Positions 46,322-53,738 of a stretch of 64,000 bases of DNA are shown piece after piece (positions within the stretch are counted from its first letter, which is position 1; every line of letters starts with the position of its first letter). A program made the translations under genes and the position numbers. The DNA comes from a virus (taxonomy: Duplodnaviria > Caudoviricetes). The notes beneath the pieces are model-generated. The model worked only from the letters and a program-made list of their open reading frames with translations. It did not search any database and had not been told where the DNA came from. Location: the IMG/VR virus record IMGVR_UViG_3300036778_000062, positions 64,001-128,000 of that record. One strand, written 5' to 3'.

Positions 46322-46655
46322 CGGGACGAATGGGACAAATGGGACAAGACGCGAGCGCCGACAGGCGCGCGAGCGTTTCGCTGCCGTGTCACATCGCAGC
46401 ACCGAATCAGGATGTTCTTTGTTGAGGAGAGATCAGTGAGGGACGGGTCGCTCTTGCCGCTTGTCAGCGGCTTCGCGCCCCTCAGGACGCAGTTTGCCCA
46501 TCACGTCTGCGCGCGATGGAGGCCGCGAAATTTTCGGCATGTCAAGGGACAAATGGGACAAAGAGCCGGAGACCGGTCCTAACGCAATGATGTTACGAGT
46601 GAAAAAAATTTGCTGAGACATTTGGGACATTGCGGGACATTTGCGAAATGTCTCA
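46322..46655. repeat. GGGACA iteron-like array I
   Basis: gggacgaa-tgggacaaa-tgggacaa (46323-46348), gggacaaa-tgggacaaa (46546-46562), tgagacatt-tgggacatt-gcgggacatt plus inverted aaatgtctca (46614-46655). Confidence 0.8.
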
Positions 46656-46784
46656 CGTTTTCGACCATCTTAACGATTGTCAACACGTTGAGTCGGTGCC
46701 CCAATCGATCGCTTTTGTTGTTCTAGAGCCGATGTCGCCCGGCTTCGATTTTGATCGATGCGATTTCAATTAGAGGGGCGTGTT

Positions 46785-47147
46785 ATGCGAAAAGTCGTTG
46801 CTGGTTCGATCATTGCATTCGCTCTCTGCGCGCAGGTCGAGGCAAGAGAACAGTGCCAAGCCTGTATGTGCGACCCAAATCTCTACGGGACGTTCCCGGT
46901 GTCTTCGCTGGGAGAGTGCCTTCAGCAATGCAGCACGCTCATATGGTCGTGCAGCGATACATTCACCCCAGACAAAATCTGGGGACCGAAGCACTTTTTC
47001 CCCAAAGGCACCGTCGCGCCAAAGGGCTGTATCGTCATAATCATGCCGGATGGAGGAAAGCTGGTCGGTCCAGCGGCTTGCCGTCCGGTGAACCGTGAAT
47101 CTCACTTACCAGATTGCCATTTTGGTCCGACTGCAAATCGCTGCTAA
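46785..47147 (+). CDS. Small secreted Cys-rich protein (moron)
   Basis: MRKVVAGSIIAFALCAQVEA signal peptide, about 10 Cys in the mature part. Confidence 0.6.
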   Translation: MRKVVAGSIIAFALCAQVEAREQCQACMCDPNLYGTFPVSSLGECLQQCSTLIWSCSDTFTPDKIWGPKHFFPKGTVAPKGCIVIIMPDGGKLVGPAACRPVNRESHLPDCHFGPTANRC

Positions 47148-47160
47148 CGCCGATCGAACT

Positions 47161-47691
47161 CTAACCTGGCCTGACATTCTGCGCGGCGAGGATGACGAGA
47201 CCGCGCGTGAAATTCGCGAGGTGAGCAGAGTAGGGGATTGCCTTCTCACCGCGTTGGGCCTGGCGCTGGCGATAGAGTTTGTACTCGGCGTTGACCTGTT
47301 TCAGCTCGCCCTTGCGCCGCGCCTCTTCGACATCGCGCGTAATCCGGGCGACGGCATTTTGTGCATCCCGTGAGACCTCATTTGCAGATCGAAACGAGGC
47401 GCCGAGATAGCCGGCGACGTTCGCCAGCGTGTCGCGGACTTCTCGCCCCGGCATATCGATCCAGCCTTCCGGCCGGGTCGCGCCGATCGCTTCCAGATCA
47501 GTGAGGGTATGGCTCAGAACAAGTTCGGCGTGCTGCGGTTTGGCGAACCAAAGCGCATCGACCAGCACGACGTTTTTTTCCTGATCGGTCGAGATTTTCG
47601 AGGGCTGCTTGCCGTCAACCGCAAAGACCATCAGCGCGCGGATTTCGAGCGCGGCGAGGTAGGCCTGAACGAGGGAATCGCGGGTACTCAC
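47161..47691 (-). CDS. Hypothetical protein divergent from the early accessory operon
   Basis: 176-aa ORF with high-GC coding pattern; G.LK.VN.EYK.YR. Confidence 0.65.
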   Translation of the reverse strand: MSTRDSLVQAYLAALEIRALMVFAVDGKQPSKISTDQEKNVVLVDALWFAKPQHAELVLSHTLTDLEAIGATRPEGWIDMPGREVRDTLANVAGYLGASFRSANEVSRDAQNAVARITRDVEEARRKGELKQVNAEYKLYRQRQAQRGEKAIPYSAHLANFTRGLVILAAQNVRPG

Positions 47692-47732
47692 AGCGGGATT
47701 TAGCTACCCGATCAGCAATTTAGGCCGGATTA

Positions 47733-47745
47733 ACAGCTATTCTGT
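47733..47745. promoter_or_regulatory. Repressor operator ACAG-N5-CTGT
   Basis: ACAGctattCTGT matches the four sites flanking cI. Confidence 0.7.
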
Positions 47746-47758
47746 TTCACGTGAAACC
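47743..47758. promoter_or_regulatory. parS: Chromosomal-type parS site
   Basis: TGTTTCACGTGAAACC, 15/16 to consensus TGTTTCACGTGAAACA; perfect 14-bp palindrome. Confidence 0.75.
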
Positions 47759-47830
47759 GGGAAAAGGAGCCAAATTAGGCGTATTTTTGCCTATCCATTT
47801 GATTTTAGGAGATATTTCGCGTCAAAAGAC

Positions 47831-47859
47831 TTTACAGAAACTCTGTTACTTGGCATAAC
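47831..47859 (+). promoter_or_regulatory. Early promoter TTTACA-N17-CATAAC with operator ACAG-N5-CTGT at 47834-47846
   Basis: Same architecture as the promoter at 60029-60057. Confidence 0.7.
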
Positions 47860-47909
47860 GATCTCACTGCAACGGGGCACCGCCCCACGTCCACAACGGA
47901 GAATGTGAA

Positions 47910-48146
47910 ATGGCCTTCGCTTTTGATACCCTCGGTTACTCGAAGCACCTGCAGGGTGCAGGCGTCACGGCAAAGGAAGCCGATGCGCATGCGGAAGCCG
48001 CCCGGAATTTCATCATGAACGAGCTCGTCACCAAGTCTGACCTCGCGCTGGCACTCGAAAACGTCACCTCGGCACTGACCATCCGCCTCGGCGGTATGAT
48101 CGCGGCCGGTATCGCGGCGCTCGCCGTCCTTCAGCGCTTCCACTGA
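47910..48146 (+). CDS. DUF1640/CCDC90-like small protein
   Basis: FDTL.Y.K.L..AG....A.A, LVTKSDL, C-terminal hydrophobic helix. Confidence 0.8.
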   Translation: MAFAFDTLGYSKHLQGAGVTAKEADAHAEAARNFIMNELVTKSDLALALENVTSALTIRLGGMIAAGIAALAVLQRFH

Positions 48147-48227
48147 TCAACGACCGGCGCGGCCTTCGGGTCGCGCCACCTATCCACGGGGCAACGCCCC
48201 ACCATCGCACAAGGGAGAACGTGCAAA

Positions 48228-49316
48228 ATGTCTACCACCCTCACGCAAGCCAACGCCCAATGGTCCCGCCGCCCGGCCGATGAACGGTTTTCGTCGATCG
48301 AGGCTATGGACCGCGCCGCGCGCGCCTTCAAAACCTCGGCCATTGTCGAAGAGATCAAGACCAACGCGCTCCGCATCGCGGCGCAGGGCAATGACCTGGT
48401 GCTCGAAACCCCGAAGGGCGCGCCCGCACTCCTGACCAACTGGTCTTTCAGCCAGATCGCAAGCCGCGCCTCCGCGCCGGCGGCATATCTGAAAGACCTT
48501 CCGGCCTCGCTCGCGGCCGACTGTCTCAACCACGGGCTCAAGCAAGCCGGAGACGACGAGAAGGGCGCGCAGCTGCTGCTTGGCAATGCCGGCAAGGCCG
48601 TGGCGCCGATCGCACGGGCTATCACCTCCGACAAGTACAGCCGCATTTGGAATGCGGACATCACGTCGCGCTTGCTCGAGCTGGAAGCCCGCGGCCCTTG
48701 GCAACCGGCGCCGGCGGCCTTCGATGGCTCGCGCGGCCTCTATCTCGGCGACCGCGATATGTTTGCGTTCCTTGTCGACAACGAACGCCGCATTTTCGAG
48801 ACCGGTCCCGGCGGTGGTCTGTCCCGTGGCTTCTTCGTTTCCAACTCCGAGGTCGGTGACGCTTCATTCCAGATCATGACGTTCTTTTACGAGTACGTAT
48901 GCGGCAACCATCGGGTTTGGGGCGCGCAGGGTATCGCCGAAGCCAAGGTCATCCACATCGGCAACGATCAGTCGTCGAAGGCTTTCGACATCATGGCGGT
49001 CGAGGTCAAGAAATATGCCGAGGCCTCGGCGAAGGACGACGAGCAGATGGTCGAGCGCTGCCGGCGCTACGTCATCGCCGCCAAGAAGGAAGACGTCCTT
49101 GATGCCATCTTCAAGTTGAAGGTGTCGGGCCTCGGCAAGACCGTCGCGGGCAAGGCGTACGATCTCGCCGCGCAGCGCGAAGACTGGTACGGCGCGCCGA
49201 ACACGGCTTGGGGTTATGCCGGCGGCCTGACCGAGATCGCCCGCGATCTGCCGAACGCCTCCGACCGTCACGCGCTCGACTGCGCGGCCACCAAGATCAT
49301 GGAAATGGCTGCCTGA
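48228..49316 (+). CDS. DUF932-like protein
   Basis: WSFSQ.A....PA.Y, S.KY.RI.N, RGFFVSNSEVG, VCGN, H.G, W..AGG.TE.A. Confidence 0.75.
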   Translation: MSTTLTQANAQWSRRPADERFSSIEAMDRAARAFKTSAIVEEIKTNALRIAAQGNDLVLETPKGAPALLTNWSFSQIASRASAPAAYLKDLPASLAADCLNHGLKQAGDDEKGAQLLLGNAGKAVAPIARAITSDKYSRIWNADITSRLLELEARGPWQPAPAAFDGSRGLYLGDRDMFAFLVDNERRIFETGPGGGLSRGFFVSNSEVGDASFQIMTFFYEYVCGNHRVWGAQGIAEAKVIHIGNDQSSKAFDIMAVEVKKYAEASAKDDEQMVERCRRYVIAAKKEDVLDAIFKLKVSGLGKTVAGKAYDLAAQREDWYGAPNTAWGYAGGLTEIARDLPNASDRHALDCAATKIMEMAA

Positions 49317-49388
49317 TCAATCCGGAGCGGCAGCGACGCCGCTCCCTTTCACCTTGGGGCATCGCCCCGCCTTATCGAGGATCATACG

Positions 49389-49616
49389 ATGCGAAAGCGA
49401 TCATCCATTGCGCCACAGGACCGCATTCTCTCCGAAGAGGAGGGCATCCGCCGATCGGCCGCGTGCCATTCCTTCTGGTCGGACCACCCGCTTAACCTTG
49501 CCTTTCGCGCAGAGCGCCAGGCCGACGGCTTCACGCTGAAAGACTTCGCTGGCTTTGTGATCGCGATGCCGGCCGCCCGCTTCGACGAGCTGACGGGAGG
49601 CCGCAATGCTGACTGA
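49389..49616 (+). CDS. Small hypothetical protein
   Basis: GAGGA RBS; overlaps the next gene. Confidence 0.5.
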   Translation: MRKRSSIAPQDRILSEEEGIRRSAACHSFWSDHPLNLAFRAERQADGFTLKDFAGFVIAMPAARFDELTGGRNAD

Positions 49617-50049
49617 TACCGTCAAGCCGATGAACGCCGCGCAAAAGGCATGGGCCACGCGCCGGGCGCGCGATGCAGCTCGCGCCGACATCGTGAGGCT
49701 GAACGCCGGGGTCGAGACGCCGGCGGTGGCTTACCGCGAGAACAAGCCGGTGGTCGACATCAACATCGATGACGCCAAAGTCGGCTGCGGCACGCGGCGC
49801 TTTGTGGTCCTCGACTGCGGTCCGCGCGTGGTGCGCCTGTTCTATTATCCGACGTTGGTCACCATCACCGTCGATCGGCTCACCTTCGATCGCAAGGCGA
49901 AGTACGCGCGCGATTCCAAGCGCGAAAAGATCGCGGCCATCATTCGGAAAAACCAGAAGCTCGCCGACACGATCAACGGGGAGGCCCGCAAGATCGTCGT
50001 GCCTGACGGTGGCGCCGATGCAGTCAAGGCATTGGAGATGCTGCGGTGA
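49606..50049 (+). CDS. Hypothetical protein with AAxKAWxTRR motif
   Basis: GGAGG RBS; NAAQKAWATRRAR. Confidence 0.65.
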   Translation: MLTDTVKPMNAAQKAWATRRARDAARADIVRLNAGVETPAVAYRENKPVVDINIDDAKVGCGTRRFVVLDCGPRVVRLFYYPTLVTITVDRLTFDRKAKYARDSKREKIAAIIRKNQKLADTINGEARKIVVPDGGADAVKALEMLR

Positions 50050-50339
50050 CATCGCTCGATCGTATCCTTAGCACGCGGCTTCGCCCCGAGAGGCGAGGCG
50101 GCAACGCCGCGGTGAAGGTGGCGGCCGACGGCTATCATGTCGCAACGGTCAGTCCCGGTATGAACGACGCCGGCGACTACGCTCGGCTTTTCGCTGCATC
50201 GCCTGATCTTCTGATCGCCCTGAAAAATCTGCGCGCAGAGATCGAGGCGATTTCCGGCTATTGGACCGAAGGTCTCGATAACTTCGCAATGCAGGCAGAC
50301 GCGGCGATCGCGAAGGCGGAGCGCGGCGATGTCCGTTAA
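50046..50339 (+). CDS. Phage hypothetical protein
   Basis: ARL.AASPDLL.AL...A.AAIAKA motif common in phage early proteins. Confidence 0.65.
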   Translation: MTSLDRILSTRLRPERRGGNAAVKVAADGYHVATVSPGMNDAGDYARLFAASPDLLIALKNLRAEIEAISGYWTEGLDNFAMQADAAIAKAERGDVR

Positions 50340-51132
50340 GCGCTCCGATATCCTGTTGAACACGGTCGCGCATCGGGAGGCGCGCGACCAATTCATCCAC
50401 CACCTGAACGAGGCCTGCCGCCGTGAGGGCTGGAGACCTTACGAGGCTCTCGGCAATTGGCTCGATGCGGCCTTCCGTTCCATGCGCAGCGCGACGTTGC
50501 AATTCCGTCCGGAGGATCTCGCGAAGAACGAGGCCGAATACGCGCGCATCGTCAAGCGCTGCCGCTATCCGCAGGAGACGGTGGGCGACCTGGCCAAGAT
50601 GCTGGGGGCGTGCGTACTCGCGCTCGAGGCGGCTCCGGTAGATTTCATCGGACCGATTTTCGGTGAGGTCGCGGCCAGCTCACAGCTCGGACAATTCTTC
50701 ACGCCCTGGCATCTTTCGAGGGTGATCGCGGAATTGATAATCGAAGACCCGCGACAGATGCTCCAGAAGAGCGGGCGCAAATTCCTGTTGCTGCAGGAGC
50801 CGGCATGTGGTGTCGGCGGGATGACCTTAGCCGCATGCGAGGTGCTTCGTGAGAAGGGTTTCGATCTTGCTCGGCAAGTCCACTGGTCGATGGTCGACAT
50901 CGACTATCAGGCGCATTGCGCGGCGTACATCCAGATCAATCTCTGCGGCATCTCTGCCAGCGTCTTCCACGGAAACACGCTATCGCTGCAAACCTGGCTG
51001 GCGACGCCGACGCTCTCAGCGGTCGTGTTTGCGAAACGGCTGACAGGTCAGCCGCAACATGAGCCGCCGACGCCGGTGCCGAGCACCACCGAGGAACCGG
51101 CGCAGCTCTCGCTTTTCTTGGAGGCCCCATGA
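50329..51132 (+). CDS. N6-adenine methyltransferase-like protein (HsdM-like N-terminal half, no NPPF motif)
   Basis: GQFFTP, EPACG.GGM, VDID, GNTL; ends before any NPPY/F. Confidence 0.75.
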   Translation: MSVKRSDILLNTVAHREARDQFIHHLNEACRREGWRPYEALGNWLDAAFRSMRSATLQFRPEDLAKNEAEYARIVKRCRYPQETVGDLAKMLGACVLALEAAPVDFIGPIFGEVAASSQLGQFFTPWHLSRVIAELIIEDPRQMLQKSGRKFLLLQEPACGVGGMTLAACEVLREKGFDLARQVHWSMVDIDYQAHCAAYIQINLCGISASVFHGNTLSLQTWLATPTLSAVVFAKRLTGQPQHEPPTPVPSTTEEPAQLSLFLEAP

Positions 51133-51755
51133 ACATCATCGTCAGCGATCTCGCAGCGCGCCGATCTGCGGCGGCGCTCAAGGCCTGGGAAACGAGGCGG
51201 GCGCAAGGATGGTCGCCATCGGTGCAAGAAAAGGATGGATCGGCGCATGAGACGGGGGCGTCCTTGCATGCCGAAGCCCTTGAAGCGTTCGAGCGGGAGG
51301 CCGCATCGGCGGCACCGGACTGGCACGCCGCGGCGCTGGCACTGCGCGCCGCTTTATCGGCCAATCAGATTAAGCGTCCCACACAAATCGAGCAGAAAAC
51401 CAAAGCGTTGCTGGCGCCGGCGTGGCAAGATTACCCGGTCGACCGTGTCAGTTCGTTCCGCCTTTTGAATCCGACGATCGTCGTGACCTTCGCCGACGGC
51501 GAGGTGGTCCGGGCGCCGGCGGTGTCGATCCGGGGCCGCCCGCTCAACATCGGTCGCGGTCTTCGCGTTGCCATTGGCTTCTATCAATCCCGCATGGCGT
51601 GGCGCGCGGGCGTGCCGAACAGGCCCGGGTTCTGGCCCGCGGTGCCGGCGATCGCGCTGTGCGTTCGCGAGGATACCGGCGAGACTTTCGATTCCCAGCA
51701 GTGTAGCGTTCGGACCGACGAAACGAGGAGGGCGCAGGATCGGCGCCTCAAATGA
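51129..51755 (+). CDS. Hypothetical protein with AAxKAWxTRR motif
   Basis: GGAGG RBS, ATGA coupling; AAALKAWETRRAQ. Confidence 0.6.
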   Translation: MNIIVSDLAARRSAAALKAWETRRAQGWSPSVQEKDGSAHETGASLHAEALEAFEREAASAAPDWHAAALALRAALSANQIKRPTQIEQKTKALLAPAWQDYPVDRVSSFRLLNPTIVVTFADGEVVRAPAVSIRGRPLNIGRGLRVAIGFYQSRMAWRAGVPNRPGFWPAVPAIALCVREDTGETFDSQQCSVRTDETRRAQDRRLK

Positions 51756-51994
51756 TCATGACGCGACCGACCACGACCGTGTACCGATACAAAGTTTATG
51801 ATGTCACGATTGACGACTATCGCTATTCGACGAGGATGGCGACGACCGTCCACATTGATAAAATTGGCGAGATGCTGCCGGAGACTCGCTTCGAGGTTTT
51901 TTCGGATTTGCTGATCGACAACGCCTATACCGAGAAGGATTTCACACCAACGCCGGAGCACGGTTTCGATCCTAAAATCGGAAAAGTCCGGTGA
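51752..51994 (+). CDS. Small hypothetical protein
   Basis: VYRYK.YD...D....S.RMAT; coupled overlaps. Confidence 0.55.
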   Translation: MIMTRPTTTVYRYKVYDVTIDDYRYSTRMATTVHIDKIGEMLPETRFEVFSDLLIDNAYTEKDFTPTPEHGFDPKIGKVR

Positions 51995-52326
51995 CCGGCG
52001 CCGAACTCAAACAGCTCCGCACGGATCTCGGCGACGCAATCGGCCGTCGTCTGTCGGTGGCCGATATGGCAAAGATCGTCGGGCTGGCGCCGGCGAATGG
52101 CGCTGAGACCTGGCGCAAGTGGGAAGACGGGGCGGGGCCGAGCGGTCCGGTGGCAGCGCTTATGTCGGTTCTATCTTATGCCAGTGATAGGCATCCGATT
52201 CCACCGCTCGTCGGATCAGCTGGCGGCCGTCTCATGCCTCGTCCGCAAGATGACGATGCGATCGAGGCAGCGGAGGAAATCTTTCGCTCCATGCTGCGCG
52301 AGGAGGTCAGGCGGAGGCTGGGATGA
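51991..52326 (+). CDS. XRE-like HTH protein
   Basis: MTGAELKQLR..LG...LS..DMA..VG...WRKWEDG..PSGPV. Confidence 0.7.
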   Translation: MTGAELKQLRTDLGDAIGRRLSVADMAKIVGLAPANGAETWRKWEDGAGPSGPVAALMSVLSYASDRHPIPPLVGSAGGRLMPRPQDDDAIEAAEEIFRSMLREEVRRRLG

Positions 52327-53063
52327 CAGACCACATCATTTCTTGGTTGATTCAGACCGGCCTCGCGGCGCTTGCCGTTGCTGGCCTTCTGTCGACGAAG
52401 TTTGGCGAACGCCTTATCGGGTTCAGATTTGAAAGAGCTCTCCTAAGACAGCGAGAGTCTCACGACAAGCAGATCGAAGAGCTAAAGGAGCGCCTTTCCC
52501 ATTTTGGCGATCGCGGCAAGCGATCGAACGAGATGGAATTTCAGGCCATCAAGATGGTGTGGGAAGCATTCGTCGAAGCTTGGCTTTCAACGAACAGTGC
52601 CGCCATTCTCAGTATTGAGATTCCAGACTTCAACCATCTGAAAGATGAAAATCTCGACCAATTCTTGCTAGACCAGGGGGTCTCTCCGTTGCAGGCAAAG
52701 GAATTGAGGGAATCTAAAGATCGAGATAAAACCTATAGTCGAATGCTCACTTGGAAGCTGATTGCTCGAGCGGGGAGGGAGATCAACGATGCTCGTGTTC
52801 TTCTCCGTAAACAAGGGATATTCATGCCTAGAGACCTGCACGATATTTTTGAAGAGGGCATCAATTCGATGACCATGGCCTTTGTTGGCCGAAGACTTCA
52901 ATTTCAGAATCCAAGAGCATTTCAGGAAGACGTCATCACACAATACCTTAGCACAAACATAGAAACGTACGATCGCACAGCTAAGGCAGCGAACATACGC
53001 TTATCGAGAAGCGAGAGCGCCGCTAGTTCACCGTCACCCGTCGCGCAGTCAACGTCGCTGTGA
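52323..53063 (+). CDS. N-terminally anchored helical protein (lower-GC moron)
   Basis: N-terminal TM plus coiled coil; AT-richer codon usage. Confidence 0.6.
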   Translation: MTDHIISWLIQTGLAALAVAGLLSTKFGERLIGFRFERALLRQRESHDKQIEELKERLSHFGDRGKRSNEMEFQAIKMVWEAFVEAWLSTNSAAILSIEIPDFNHLKDENLDQFLLDQGVSPLQAKELRESKDRDKTYSRMLTWKLIARAGREINDARVLLRKQGIFMPRDLHDIFEEGINSMTMAFVGRRLQFQNPRAFQEDVITQYLSTNIETYDRTAKAANIRLSRSESAASSPSPVAQSTSL

Positions 53064-53682
53064 CGACCTTCAGGCCCTCCTGCCACTGACGATTGAACAG
53101 CTTGTGGTCGAGGCCTCGGCGCTGGCAGCTCCGGCGGATGTCGGCACGGATTACCGCCCATAGCGCGCGGAGGCTGATCGCCTTCGCCAAGTCGGGTCGA
53201 TCGGCGAGATATTCCATCGGCCATGCCAGGGCCTGGTCCATGCGGGTGATCTGCGCGGTGGTTGGCGCCAGACGAACGCGGTTGCGATCTTCCTCGAAGC
53301 TTTCGCCGGCTTCAGCCATCTCCAGAAGGTCTTTGAGCGCGGGGCGCTCTTGAACCGGGGTCGGCATGGCATTGCCGTACTGTTTTGGCCGCGTCCGTGC
53401 GGGCAGCGCCAGCAGAACCTCGTATGCCTCTTCCAAGCGGTCCAGGACGTGCACCATCGTCCAGGTCGACGGCACCTCCCGAACACTACTGCGACGACCG
53501 GCAGGCGCCTCCATGCGCCCCACAACGCCCAGCAAATGGCCTCGCAGGCCGTCATCTCCGTCCAGCTCGATCAGGGCGGCGAGTCGGGCGCGCTTGGTCA
53601 GGGACATTTCGGACAATTCGGGGAATGTCCCGTTTGTCCCTTTTGTCCCTGGGTGCCGCGATTTCTTTGATTTTTCAGCCAT
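53023..53682 (-). CDS. DUF6362-like protein, candidate late-gene regulator (Q position); start uncertain
   Basis: WT...V.DRLEEA..VL..LP, R..PT..QITRMDQALAW, C-terminal HTH-like region. Confidence 0.6.
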   Translation of the reverse strand: MAEKSKKSRHPGTKGTNGTFPELSEMSLTKRARLAALIELDGDDGLRGHLLGVVGRMEAPAGRRSSVREVPSTWTMVHVLDRLEEAYEVLLALPARTRPKQYGNAMPTPVQERPALKDLLEMAEAGESFEEDRNRVRLAPTTAQITRMDQALAWPMEYLADRPDLAKAISLRALWAVIRADIRRSCQRRGLDHKLFNRQWQEGLKVVTATLTARRVTVN

Positions 53683-53738
53683 TTCTCGACTTCGCGTCAG
53701 GGACAATCTCTGGGACATTTGGGACAAACGGGACAAAA
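53600..53738. repeat. GGGACA iteron-like array II (direct and inverted), candidate replication origin
   Basis: gggacattt-cggacaatt, inverted tgtccc x3 (53626-53649), AT-rich ttctttgatttttc, then gggacaatc..tgggacatt-tgggacaaa-cgggacaaa; directly downstream of the helicase gene. Confidence 0.8.

Noticed and set aside
46322-46655. CRISPR array
   Set aside because: Repeats are 6-9 bp with no regular unique spacers, and no cas genes are present
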